Assembly (NCBI RefSeq): GCF_006345805.1
Contig: NC_042997.1
Location: forward strand, 133,610,001-133,674,000
Length of the DNA: 64,000 nt
Reading direction: 5' to 3'
Origin: Octopus sinensis
Lineage: Eukaryota
Below are positions 12,510 to 25,682 of the stretch, piece after piece; the stretch's first letter is position 1; each line of letters starts with the position of its first letter. Below the pieces are notes generated by a model. The model did no database searches. It was not told the origin of the DNA and saw only the letters and a program-made list of their open reading frames with translations. Position numbers and translations under genes: made by a program.

Positions 12510-12897
12510 TCTTTTACTCTTCTACTTGTTTGAGTCATTTGGCTGCGGCCATGCTGGAGCACCGCCTTTAGTCGAACAAATCGACCCCACAACTTATTCT
12601 TTGTAAGCCTAGTACTTATTCTATCGGTCTCTTTTGCCGAACCGCTATGTTACGGGGAGGTAAACACATCGGTTGTTAAGCGATGTTGGGGTGACAAACA
12701 CAGACACACAAACATATATATATATATATATACATATATACAATGGGATTCTGTCAATTTCCGTCTCCCAAATCCACTCACAAGGTTTTGGTCAGCCCGA
12801 GGCTATAGTAGAAGATACTTTGCCCAAGGTGCCACGCAGTGGGATTGAACCATGTGGTCGGTAAGCAAGCTACTTACCACACAGCCACTCCTGCGCC
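12510..12897 (-). mobile_element. SINE family B, full length
   Basis: Reverse complement of the family B consensus. Confidence 0.85.
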
Positions 12898-13682
12898 GAT
12901 TGTAGAATGGACTCTGTGAAAACACTAAAGGATAAAGTGATAGTGTTAAATCAAGTGACCTGTTAGATCGCGCACGTAGGGTCCACGTAGTGGTTTCGTG
13001 CAGATGGTAGAATACCGGGTTAAATTGCTTGTCTGTATGTAATTGCGCTGCTTTTATGTTTTGAGATCAAATTCGTTCACAAGTACCACCATCACCACTA
13101 ACCCTAAGCTGGATTTTATTATACCTTTCCAGTATCGAAAATGATTATCGTCATCGTTCTCCTCCTCCTCCATATCATCAATACCGATCTTCAAGCGCCA
13201 TTCACAATGAACCTCCACCTATTCTTGTCATCTATTGCTGTGAGTACAAACTCAATTATCCCATTCCAACACCTCAGCGCACACTGTTGGGGGTCTTCCT
13301 TATTTTCTCTATCTTTATTTTGATTTCCATTATAACACTTATTGAATTAATTCATCTTTTCTTTTCTAGAAGCACCCACAGATCTTTAGCCTGTGTTTAA
13401 TTAGAATTGCAGTTATTTCGAGAATGTTATCATACACTCGTTTGTAAGTCAAGAGTACTTTCTATGAAGAGTTTATTGCTGTTCCGAGCAACCAAGTGGA
13501 TACTCCCTGTAAATGTCTAGAGGTGTCGTAATAAGAGTTCAGTACTGCTCTCCATAGAAAATATTTTCTACAGCTGCTCTAACGAATTTAACTTATGTAT
13601 ATTTTGGCTGGTCATTTTCCACTGAGTCTATTTCGCCCAGTATGGGCCAAACCACTCCAATTTAAGTTTTCTTATTAGTATC

Positions 13683-13916
13683 TATCTCTTTACTACCCAC
13701 AAGGGGCTAAACACAGAGAGGACAAACAAGGACAGACAAACGGATTAAGTCGATTATATCAACCTCAATGCGTAACTGGTACTTATTTAATCGACCCCGA
13801 AAGGATGAAAGGCAAAGTCAACCTCGGCAAAATTTGAACTCAGAACGTAACGGCAGACGAAATACTGCTAAGTATTTCGCCAGGCGCGCTAACGTTTCTG
13901 CCAGCTCGCCACCTTC
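13683..13916 (-). mobile_element. SINE family A, young subfamily, with 16-bp TSD
   Basis: ttttcttattagtatc at 13667-13682 and 13917-13932. Confidence 0.9.
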
Positions 13917-14546
13917 TTTTCTTATTAGTATCTGCCAAGAAAGAGCTTAAGTATCGGTTGTTTACTTGTTTAAAATTTCTGCCGTTCGATGTCTTTATTT
14001 TTGCTTCTATGTTGCAAAGCATGAATTCAGTTTCTCTATCATCGATGTTCAATTGATATTAGTAACACATTAATCTAAATTCTCTACAAATATTTAATCT
14101 TGAAACAACACGAAAAATAATTTCAGATACAAAACATCATCGGTCACTTACAACCACTTGGTATCAGGCCGATCGCTAATGATTTTTAGGTGCACATAAT
14201 GGTAACTACAATATTGGGACTAATTTTAATTTTGTCATATATTCAATTCATTTAATTTTTGACTGATTTTAATTTTTGTTTTATTCATTTAAACTAATTT
14301 TAATTCAGTGTTCCACTTCCGCTAGGTCGATATATTTGCCAACATTGTCAAAAATTCGCTGCTGATATCATTAAAAATATTTTCTATAATATTTATTTTT
14401 ACAATAATTTTTATTTTTACACTTGTTTTTCAACATTATTTTTATAACTCAATTTCAATTTATTATTATCAATAGAAATCGTTAATAAAAGAAATCATCA
14501 TCATCAGCAGCAGCAGCAGCAGTAGCGACAGCATTATTATTATTAT

Positions 14547-14598
<52 letters not shown>

Positions 14599-14599
<1 letters not shown>

Positions 14600-14765
14600 T
14601 TCTATGTTTGACTTTTGCTTTACATTTGCACAAGTTGGCTCCAAGTCTCACCCAGAGACCTCAAGAGACAAGTTGGAAGTTCCTGTTGGTGTTATGCCTA
14701 GGGTGCCATATATTTGGTTTTGTACTTAGTGTTGTACTAGTGAATGTCTAAAAACCCATAAGAAA
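14599..14765 (-). mobile_element. Probable 3' end of a non-LTR element inserted in a trinucleotide microsatellite
   Basis: Unique segment flanked by (TAG)n/(ATT)n, with the same layout as the neighbouring R4/Dong ends; no diagnostic motif. Confidence 0.35.
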
Positions 14766-14815
14766 ATTATGTTTGTTTGTTTATTATTATTATTATTATT
14801 ATTATATTATTATTA

Positions 14816-14849
<34 letters not shown>

Positions 14850-15079
14850 TATTATTATATTATTATTATATCATCATCATCATCATCATCATCACCATCA
14901 TCATCATCATTATTATTATTATTATTTTATTATATTATTATTATTATCATCATCATCATCATTATTATCATTATTATTACCATTATTATTATTTATTATT
15001 ATTATTATTATTATTAAAATTATTATTATTATTATTATCATCATCATCATTATTATTATTTATTATTATTATTATTATA

Positions 15080-15134
<55 letters not shown>

Positions 15135-15138
<4 letters not shown>

Positions 15139-15545
15139 TAGCTTTAGTTTTATAACGTGCTTTCACTGCACAACCGAGCTCAGCTCTGTGTGCCTTGGGT
15201 ATGTGCTGTGGTTTGTTGTGATGCTCTTATTTTCACTGTATTGAAAGTGTTTTACGTAATATGTGGCGCGGTGCTTAGTAGTGCTATTTTCCGTATGTTA
15301 TATATACTTGTAAGTCCTGGTGTTTTTGTTATGTAGATGTCTGAATGGTTTTTATCATTCCTAATACGCCTACTATTATAGGAATTGTTTCTGTTTTTAG
15401 GCTCTACTTGACTTATCTCTATTTCCAGATCTTTGTTTTAAAGCTTCTCCATTTCTTTTACAGAAATGTTGTCATTTGTTGGTATTGATACATCGCCTAG
15501 AAAGCATTTTTTTTCTTGGTGATCTCTGATAACTATATCCGGTCT
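15135..15545 (-). mobile_element. R4/Dong-type 3' end (PD-(D/E)XK endonuclease + 3' UTR), copy 1
   Basis: RPDIVIRDHQEKKCFLGDVSIPTNDNISVKEMEKL; flanked by (AAT)n on both sides. Confidence 0.85.
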
Positions 15546-15560
15546 ATTATTATTATTATT

Positions 15561-15597
<37 letters not shown>

Positions 15598-15632
15598 CAT
15601 CATCATCATCATCATCATCACCATCATCATCA

Positions 15633-15675
<43 letters not shown>

Positions 15676-15808
15676 CATCATCATCATCATTATTATCATT
15701 ATTATTACCATTATTATTATTATTATATTATTATTATTATTATTAAAATTATTATTATTATTATTATCATCATCATCATTATTATTATTATTATTATTAT
15801 CATTATTA

Positions 15809-15860
<52 letters not shown>

Positions 15861-15864
<4 letters not shown>

Positions 15865-16272
15865 TAGCTTTAGTTTTATAACGTGCTTTCACTGCACAAC
15901 CGAGCTCAGCTCTGTGTGCCTTGGGTATGTGCTGTGGTTTGTTGTGATGCTCTTATTTTCACTGTATTGAAAGTGTTTTACGTAATATGTGGCGCGGTGC
16001 TTAGTAGTGCTATTTTCCGTATGTTATATATACTTGTAAGTCCTGGTGTTTTTGTTATGTAGATGTCTGAATGGTTTTTATCATTCCTAATACGCCTACT
16101 ATTATAGGAATTGTTTCTGTTTTTAGGCTCTACTTGACTTATCTCTATTTCCAGATCTTTGTTTTAAAAGCTTCTCCATTTCTTTTACAGAAATGTTGTC
16201 ATTTGTTGGTATTGATACATCGCCTAGAAAGCATTTTTTTTCTTGGTGATCTCTGATAACTATATCCGGTCT
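15861..16272 (-). mobile_element. R4/Dong-type 3' end, copy 2 (tandem duplicate)
   Basis: Identical to copy 1 except for one homopolymer indel; period about 726 bp. Confidence 0.85.
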
Positions 16273-16785
16273 ATTATTATTATTATTTTCATAATCATCT
16301 TCTCTCAGTTCTGTTTCCATTTCGTGCCGAGTGCTTCCTGACACCTAGGGCAAGGAAACACTGTATACATTGGTAGGCCATTAAAATAAACACACAAGAT
16401 TGTTCATTTACAAAGTCATGTGATAGAGAAAAGGGGAAAGAAAGACAGAGAGAAAAACAATAAAAAGAATAAAAAATAAAAAAGTAAACAAAGAAAATAA
16501 AGAGAGAAAAGGAAAGAAAATTTACTACGTGTTATTATTATTATCATCATCATCATTATCATCATTTGGACAGGATCATTAAAGCATCAGAATAACATGA
16601 TATGTGGTATTACTTCTCGTTCTTTAGTTTCGTGGCTCAAATCCGCCGACGTTAACGTTGCTGCTCATTCTTTCAGGGTCGATGAAATAAGTATCAGTTT
16701 AGGGCTGGTGTCGGCTACCCACTCCGCTAAATGTCATGCCTTTTAACAACATTAAAAAGAATTATGTTTTTCTTTTAAGCTATAA

Positions 16786-16995
16786 GGCGGCGAGCTGGCA
16801 GAATCGTTAGCACACCGGATGAAATGCTTAGCAGCATTTCGTCCGTCTTTACGTTCTGAGTTCAAATTCCGCCGAGGTCGACTTTGCATTTCACCCTTTC
16901 AGGATATATGAACCAGCTGAACACTGGGGTCGATTTAATCGACCCATCCCCTGCCCCCAAATTGCTGCCCTCGTGGAAAAATTTGAAACCATTAT
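16786..16995 (+). mobile_element. SINE family A, older-tail copy
   Basis: ggcggcgagctggcagaatcgttagc head, cctttc...gtcga central domain, and the gccctcgtggaaaaatttgaaacc tail. Confidence 0.8.
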
Positions 16996-17029
16996 TTTTA
17001 AGCTATTATAGGCTAATTTAGTTTGTAGA

Positions 17030-17990
17030 AGTGTTATCTTGAGGTGTATTAACAGCAAATCTCAAGAATGTTTCTTGGGAATCTTATATAATACAGGATG
17101 GTACTTTTCTGCAGGTCAACAACGCGAGCCTCAAATATCTTTTAGTCTCTTCTTTTGGATGTTGTGCCAAGGGCACGAGTTTCCACAGAAATGATTGTTG
17201 CTTTAGTTTTCCGCAGTTTCTTCAACTTTCTAGCTGATTGCTGATATTTCTCAATTTTTTCAACTTTTTCGGTATCAGTTCTGTTATCATAGGGAATTGC
17301 AAAGTCTATGTTCTCACAATGTCTGTTTATTTTGTCCTCTGTAATAATATCTGGTCTTCTTACTTCAACAGTATGGTCAGTCATTGTGTGGGATCCCATA
17401 AGATTCTATAATTCTTACTTTCAGTCACAGCTTCTGGTTCGTGTTTATACCATTGTCCTGTTATTTCGAAGCCTAACACCTGGTTAACATTTCATTACAC
17501 TCTTTTAACTATACAGTTATGCCTGTGCTTATACTCATTTTCTGTTCGCTTACTGCTTTCACTCAAGATGTAATACTTTCGTTTACTTTCCTGTAGATTC
17601 TGCGTTTGCTCTCTGACTGAGTTTTGTCTGCGTTTGCCTTTATCAGATTCGCCCTAATGGCTTGTTCTTGAGCGGCTATAATTAGCGTTTTGGTCTCTCA
17701 ATATCCTCAATTTTTTTTTGCATGAATTGGCCATGTAATTCTATTTCTTTCCATTTACTTATTCTATTCTTCATTAGTTCTTGAATTTCTCTTATTGATT
17801 CATCTACTTTTGGAGCGTATCTAGAGGCCGGTTTTATTCTTGCTTCACTTCCTAATACCAACACACTAATATCGCAGTATCAACGGCGTTCAGCAATCTT
17901 CTGCCTTCTTTCTTTCTATGTAGGTACAGTTTGTTGGTATTACTTACAGGGTAATATACGTTGGGGTTTTTTTGTATTAGTATTATTGTT
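17030..17990 (-). mobile_element. Decayed R4/Dong-type retrotransposon (RT end to endonuclease)
   Basis: LYLHRKKEGRRL, KWKEIELHGQF and RRPDIITEDK...IDFAIPYD...EKIEKYQ fragments, with an internal deletion. Confidence 0.8.
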
Positions 17991-18002
17991 TTATTGTATA
18001 AT

Positions 18003-18168
18003 AGGCGTAGAAGTAGCTGTGTGGTTAGTAGCTTGCTTACCAACCACATGGTTCTGGGTTCAGTCCCATGGCGTAGCACCTCGGGCTAGTGTCTCTTACT
18101 ATAGCCTCGGGCCGACCAAAGCCTTGTGAATAGATTTGGTAGACGGAAACTGAAAGAAGCCCGTCGTA

Positions 18169-18217
<49 letters not shown>

Positions 18218-18422
18218 ATGTTTGAGTGTCTGTGTTTGTCCCACAACATCGCTTGATAACCGACGCTGGTGTGTTTACGTCCCCGTAATTTAGCGGTTCG
18301 GCAAAAGAGACCGATAGAATAAGTACTAGGCTTCCAAAGAATAAGTCCTAGGGTCGATTTGCTCGACTAAAGGCGGTGCTCCAGCATGGCCACAGTCAAA
18401 TGATTGAAACAAGTAAAAGAGA
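18003..18422 (+). mobile_element. SINE family B, full length
   Basis: Matches the family consensus. Confidence 0.88.
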
Positions 18423-18442
18423 GTATTATTATTATTATTATC

Positions 18443-18640
18443 AAAGCGGCGAGCTAGCAGAATCGTTAGCACCTTGGACGAAATTCTTAGCAGTATTTCG
18501 CCCGTCGCTACGTTCTGAGTTCAAATTTCGCCGAGGTCGACTTTGATTTTCATTCTTCGGAATCGATAAAATAAGTACCAGTTGACCACTGGGGTCGACA
18601 TAATCAACTCCCTAAATATTTCAGGCCTTGTGGCTATAAT
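18443..18640 (+). mobile_element. SINE family A, older copy
   Basis: Head and central domain recognisable. Confidence 0.75.
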
Positions 18641-18731
18641 AGTAAGAATTGTTATTATTATTTTTTCAATTGTAAGTTTTCTGTTTTCAATCATCAGCTC
18701 TGGACAAAAAGTAAATGTTACTATATATATA

Positions 18732-18783
<52 letters not shown>

Positions 18784-20544
18784 AGTGTTTTTGTTGTTGT
18801 TGCTGTTTTCGTTTGTTTACCCAAAATTATGTGTGTATGAGATGTACATGTATTTGTGCATGTAGATATGGTTATGTAAATATATATATATGTAAATGTG
18901 TACGTGTTTTTACTGGAGTATGACGGTGATAGATGTAAAGATAGAAAACGAAAAAACGGATGCCTTCGAAAAAAAAAAAGCTGTGTGATATTTGTTCCAC
19001 CAATTTGCACAAACAATTCTTTGTCGCTTTCGCCGTTCCGAATGCAATGAACCATTAATTGTTTCGTTGGAAACCTGTATCCCGCGACGCTAATGTTCAC
19101 CAGATGTGATATGAAATAAAACAAAGATAAATAAATCCTCAATATGAAATGTAGCATGTATTTTCCCTGAAACATAGTAAATATGTTTAAGAATCTGCTG
19201 AATAGTTTTGTAAGTCCTGCAACCATATCATAGAACACTTTGCTAATTATAATATCGGAACTTGAATCGGAAGACATAAATGATATTTGCAGAAGTCAAA
19301 TGAGTCAATATTTACGTAAATATACATTGTAGTTTTGCCTCCACGCAGTTTTTCTTACTTTTATTTCTAAATATTCTTTAAAATGAACTTAACCAGAAAG
19401 CTACAGGTGCTATTTCAAAGTTTCCTTCCATGCAATAGAATATTTCTAAAGATTCTGAAAAGGATGTCCCCTTTCAGAATCTAGCTGATAGAAAACAGAG
19501 ATTTCCCCAAATAAAATGACAGTCGGTTGTTTTCAGTTCACCATGTTTCATTGTTAATAGTTTCAAATAGAACACGACCGTTCCAAGAAGAAAAGTCAGA
19601 AAATGAAACTATTGTTGAGACCTGATTCTGTAAGAATACGTTATGCTCGCCTTAGAAATTTTGTAGGATAACTTATTTGGTTGTATATAGAGGATGTAGA
19701 AAAACAGAGTGAAGGAGAGAGAGGAGATGAATGAATAAATACGATTGTACTCTGCCATAGTTGATTTTTAAGTTAATAGCAGTTGGGTCCTTTGTTCCAG
19801 ATTGTTCATGCTGACAAGATTAGTTGTCGAATAACAATATATATTGAAGTCTAAACTTAACGCACGACTGCGGCCATCCACTGTTCTCCTCTGTCTGACC
19901 CAACTCTTTCTGCCACTCTATTTGTTCTTTTTATAAACTGTGATTATCTTGATCAAATTTTGACTGACTTTCAATCAATAACTTTGTTTCATTAGAATTC
20001 TTACTGAGGTCAACCAATGAATATGATGCATGACTGTTGAGAGTCAGATATTTTCTTTTCTTTTTTTTTTTTTTTTTGCTCAATTTGAAAGATCCAGTTT
20101 TTGGTTTTACGAAAAGCTAATCGAAAAACAAATAATCCAGGTTCAAATTGAGGCAGACACCTACTACAATTTTATTCGTTAATCAAGTCATGAAGGAAAT
20201 TATCAGAGATGGAGACACCGGTTCATCACTTACCTCGGAATTCCGGATTATCCGTTTATAGGCGTTAGACGATCAGGTCCCGCATATTTCTATACACTAC
20301 AGATCAATAGGCGTGGTTGGCTGCCCGATAGCTATACTGTATATTTCTGTTAAAAACGTATAATTCGATCCCATTAATTTAACTAAAATCTTACTTACAT
20401 TCACAAAAATGGAGAAGTAATTCTAATGTACTTCCGTTGTTTACATGAAGTTGTGTATTTCATTTCCACCAAATTCTTGTCTTCATTTTCAGTATACTGA
20501 TTGTTACGCAACTTCGCATTTAATATAATTTACATACATATATT

Positions 20545-21660
20545 GGTTTCAAATTTTCGCACAAGGCCAGCAATTTCGGGAGTGAGAGATAAGACGAGTA
20601 CATCGACTTCATTGCTTAAATGGTACTTACTTTATCGACTACGAAAAAAATGAATGGTAAAATTTGAACTCAGAACATAAAGACGGACAAAATGCCACTA
20701 AGCATTTTCCCTAGCGTGCTAACAACTCTGCCAGGTCGTCGCCTTATGACTTACATATACATATTGACATATAATAAATATATCTTCCCCTTCATAAAGA
20801 TTATAAATGTCGACTTCTCTCTCATGGTGAGCTGGCAGAAGGATGGCAGATAATATGCTCAGCAGTATTTCTTTCGACTCTTTACGTTCTGACTTCAAAT
20901 CCCGCCGAGGTCAGCTTTGCCTTCCATCCCTTGGGAGTCGGTGAAATAAAGTAACAATCAAGTACTAGAGCGGATGCAACTGATTTTCCACTTCCCTCAA
21001 AATTAAACCTGAAGTCTGCAACAGACCGGCATCCCGTTCAGGGTGAATGTTGTGATCTCGATCTGTTATAGGCCACGAAACTCAGGTAACCGGCCTCATG
21101 AATGTAAAATGAATACGTCTGCACAAGCCTGAGTCGCGATTCAAGGATCATATAATAAGCTGAAGAGCAAATTCCTAACCACAAGGTTTCCGGGTTCAGT
21201 TCCAATGCGTGGCACCTTGGGTTAGTATCTTCTGCTATAGCCTCGGTGCGACCACCACTGTTTGACAACCGGTGTTGGTATGCTTATATCACCGTAACAT
21301 AGCGATTCGGCAAAATGGACCAATAGAATAAGCACAGGGGTCAGTTTGTTCGACTAAAATTCTTCAAGCTGGTGTCCAAGCATGGCTGCAGTCTAATGAC
21401 TGAAACAAGTAAAAGATAAAAGAAAAATAACAGATAGTAATTAGCAGGGGAGAGTGAAGGCAGCGATTGAAGGGAGAATCGTTAAAGCATCGGCCATAAG
21501 GCTTAGCGGCATTTCGTCCATCTTTACGTTCTGAGTTCGAATTCCACCGAGGTCGACTTCAATTTTCATCCTTTCGGGATCGATAAAATAACTGGGATCG
21601 AAGTAATTGACTTTTCCTCCCCCTCAAAATCAATGGCCTTGTGCCAAAATTTGAAGTCAA
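20545..21660. mobile_element. Cluster of old SINE A and B fragments on both strands
   Basis: Degenerate matches at 20545-20745 (-), 20826-21000 (+), 21160-21425 (+) and 21465-21660 (+). Confidence 0.65.
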
Positions 21661-22341
21661 TTTACAGACGAGATTAACATTAACACCTTGAAATTTTTCT
21701 CGTATCGGAACTTCTTCAAATAACTGACATCTAAAATATCAGAGTCCAGAATATTTTGCTTGAATCTTTTTGTATAATGATAGAACTAACATCGAAACAA
21801 AATTGCAATTCTAACGTCCAAAGAAAAAATTCGAATAATAGGCAGTATAACATTGTTTACCTTCTTGTAAGTTGGTCGCGTAATATATTTGTCTGCACGT
21901 CCGCGTAGCTATATAGTATGATGCATGTTCAGTCATTCATTTCCTTTCTCCCTTTCTTTCTTTCTTTCTTTGTTTTTTTTGTTTGTTTCTTTCTTTCGTT
22001 CGTTCATTCCTTCTTTCTTTCTTTCTTTCTCCATTCTCTCCCACTTCTTTCTTACGCCACCTCTCTCAGTCCAGATATCACTTAACCTCTCCCTCAACTC
22101 TGTCTTCTACCAATTACTCTTCCTCAGTTTCTCAAGTAACACATATACAAACCTGGCTTACACGGCTATTGCTATTTTTGTTATTTCAAATGATTTAATG
22201 CATTCAACACACACATACGCATACGCACATGCTTGCACGCACACGCACGCACACACACACACACATCTTAATATGTGGGTTAGATGTGAACGTCATGGGC
22301 AAAATTCGACTTCCATCCAAAAGGGGTTTTTAACACAATAT

Positions 22342-23128
22342 TTGGATATTTTCGGTTTGAACAGCAGTTTTTAACATAATTTCTAGGTAACTAAAAAATT
22401 TTAAACTTCGTATACTGGTAGAATGTGTTTATAAAACATCTTTTTCTCTTGGCTTTCTTGAGAAAATTCTGTAGTTTGTAACATATTTGTTGTTTAATTT
22501 CTTGCATTTCGGCAATTTCAACCAATCACTTTTAACTATTGAGTTAAAAAGCATTCTGTGCCGTATGAATATGTCCCTCGTTTAAGAAACACATTGGGTT
22601 TATTTACATTTGTGAAGAAAAAAAGATGCCCTTCCCCCACCCCTAACCCTAACTAACTCTAAATCTAAAATAGACACCGCTAAAAACACTGCCGTTTTTT
22701 CTAGCGGTGTCATATGAAATTGTCACCCATAATTATGACCCTAGAATCGATCTATTGCATTTCAATCTATTTTCGATTTAGGGTTAGTTAGGGTTAGGGT
22801 TAGGGTTAGGATTAGAGTTAGGGTTAGGGGTGGGGGAAGGGTATCTTTTTTTCTTCACAAATGTAAATAAACCCAATGTGTTTCTTAAACGAGGGACATA
22901 TTCATACGGCACAGAATGTTTTCACCTCAATAGACGGTCATTGATTGGTTGAAATTGACGAAATGCAAGAAATTAAAGACCAAATATGTTACAAACTATA
23001 GAATTTTCTCAATAAAGCCAAAAGAAAATGATGTTTTATAAACACATTCTACCAGTATACGAAGTCTAAACTTTTTTAGTTACCTAGAAATTATGTTAAA
23101 AACTGCCGTTCAAACCGAAAAGGTCCCC
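22342..23128. mobile_element. Palindromic (fold-back/MITE-like) element with internal telomere-like repeats
   Basis: Arms 22342-22674 and 22766-23128 are reverse complements, with CCCTAA units on the left, TTAGGG units on the right, and ATAT flanking both ends. Confidence 0.85.
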
Positions 23129-23214
23129 ATATTTATATGCTATTATTTATAGCATGAAATGTACTTCGAGAACCAATATTGCAATAAAGAGTTATATATA
23201 TATGTATATGTTTG

Positions 23215-23430
23215 CATGTCTGTGTTTCTCCCCTCACCCTACCATCGCTTGACAACCGATGTTGGTGTGTTTGCCTCCCCGTAACTTAGCAGTTCGGAAA
23301 AAAGACAGATAGAATAAGTACTAGGCTTACAAAGAATAATTCCTGGGGTCGATTTGTTCGACTAAAGGCGGTGCTCCAGCATGGCCGCAGTGAAATGACT
23401 GGAACAAATAAAAAAAATAAATAAAAGAAT
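23215..23430 (+). mobile_element. SINE family B, 3' half
   Basis: Body and tail match the consensus. Confidence 0.8.
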
Positions 23431-23974
23431 AAGTGGGGTTACAATCAGACAATCATGAGGGTAGATAGAAGAATGAGTGAAAAGGCATATCTATTCTAAT
23501 GATGTCATTAAACATATCGACATCACTCACAAATGCTGGTACTGCCAAAACAGACTTGTATAGCTTCAGATAGCAGGCAACAAGCATGATATTTGATCCT
23601 AACAAACCCTATTGAAAATCGTTGTCGATGTAGTTCTAAAAAAAAGACATTTATTGTATTATATTGTTTAGTACATTAAAAGAGTGACATGGTTAATAAA
23701 TTTGAACGTCACTTATGCATTTACTTAATTTCTCTTGATTGAAGTACTCCGATGAATAATTAATGCAGAACTAATAGAGTATTAGTTTTAATTAAGGGAG
23801 ATCCAGTTAATTTACTATTCAGGGGGAAAACGCCGAGAATAGCGAAGGTCTCAGCTATTTTCAGAGAAGAGGGAGAGAGAAAAAATAGGAGGGGACTAAA
23901 AAGAAAAACAGAAAATAATTATACAGAAAGCGATTTGAAATAGAACGACCTCCTATTTTATCAAGGCCTACAAT

Positions 23975-24071
<97 letters not shown>

Positions 24072-24344
24072 TAGAGAGAGAGAGGCATAAAAATTAAAGT
24101 AAAAACAAAAGCAACAGAAATCGAAAAGACGTACACAATAAATGTGTTGGATTGGCGCTCGGTTTTAGATGGAAAAAAAGAGGTGGATGTAATTTTTCGA
24201 GTATAGCTCTACGTCAGAATAAGGAGAGCGAAGGGGAAAAAAGTAAAAAAAAAACACATGTGCGGTTACATGGCTGAAGCGATATATTTTTTTTCTCTCC
24301 TTTTTTTTTCTTTCCTTGTTTCTCTCCTTGTTTTTTCTGTGTCC

Positions 24345-24380
24345 CTTTCTGTAGAAGAGCGTAGGCTCGAAACGTAAAAG
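24345..24380 (+). ncRNA. Minimal hammerhead-like motif with variant core, in a Penelope-like repeat
   Basis: CTTT-CTGTAGA-A-GAGC gtag GCTC-GAAAC-GTA|AAAG. Confidence 0.45.
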
Positions 24381-24495
24381 ACTTTTTTCTATTCCTGAGC
24401 GTTATACTAATACATCTGTTTGTTTTGTACACCACCTGTCTTCGTCTTTTGTCTTTTTCGTAAACTCTCCCTATATATATATATATATATATATA

Positions 24496-25030
24496 CAAAA
24501 TAAGAAAATGGAGAAATACATCTTAATCAATGATCAACTACCAGATAATACCCAATCACATAATTTATGAAACCACTACATATGAACATTAAAGTCAAAC
24601 ATTATATTATATATTATATATTATGGGTATGTACCCACTATTGTATGGATGTACCCCCTCTGATTTTCATATTTAATTTAGTTTGTTCTTCATAATCTCT
24701 GAAAAGGCCTTGAGATATTTTTGTTAGTGTCTCATTTATAACTACATATTAACCTATCACACATGACTAATATGAGCATAATGAGGCACCCATATCTGCA
24801 TGGCTGAAACAGCTGTAAGATGTAGTTTATATTTATATTTGTATTTATTATATTCACTTATACATACTGTACTTATTGTATCATATTACTCTTTCATGTA
24901 CATTGTTTTGTTCTATATTATTATGTTTGACCTTAATGTTCATATGTAGTGGTTTAATAGATTATGTGATTGGGTATTATCTGGTAGTTGATCATTGATT
25001 AAGATGTGTTTCTCCATTTTCTTATTTTGT
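24496..25030. mobile_element. Fold-back element (about 115-bp inverted arms) enclosing a hammerhead-like motif; Penelope-like terminal repeat
   Basis: 24496-24610 is the reverse complement of 24917-25030; the spacer holds the motif at 24695-24821. Confidence 0.75.
24695..24821 (+). ncRNA. Type I hammerhead-like motif, long stem II, G8A core change
   Basis: ATCT-CTGAAAA-GGCC...GGCT-GAAAC-AGCT-GTA|AGAT. Confidence 0.5.
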
Positions 25031-25209
25031 ATTATTAATTTGTGGTAAAACATTTTACCTTTGCCCATATAATACAGTAAATGAATTAACTGTATCGCAG
25101 TTCTTAACATTTATGTATTAACTTTTTGGGTGCTTCACTAGCAGTATATTATATATGTGTTATCCCATGGAGGGTTGCACTTACAACCCCTATCTCAATT
25201 TGTATATAT

Positions 25210-25299
<90 letters not shown>

Positions 25300-25333
25300 G
25301 TATATATATGTATATTATATATGTATATATGTA

Positions 25334-25380
<47 letters not shown>

Positions 25381-25447
25381 ATATATATATAATATATATA
25401 TATAAACAATAATAAATCTCTGGGCGAGATATAAACAGTAACTGCTC

Positions 25448-25682
25448 TATAACATAGAGGGATCAGCCATCTGAATGTGGCTAGGGTCAGGGCGGGTGGT
25501 GGGGTGTTACTGATGCATTTAGCCCCAGGTGAACATCGACGTCACCAGAAGAGCTGAAGGACACCGTGATGGTGTCAGCTCTTCTGGTGACGTCGATGTT
25601 CGCCTGGGGCTAAATGCATCAGTAACACCCCCACCACCCCGCCCTGACCCTAGCCACATTCAGATGGCTGATCCCTCTTATG

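Noticed and set aside
18738-19277. 179-aa minus-strand ORF
   Set aside because: No recognisable domain, partly a microsatellite translation, and no convincing splice structure.
22775-22845. Chromosome end or telomere fusion
   Set aside because: Only a few degenerate TTAGGG units, embedded symmetrically in a palindromic element.
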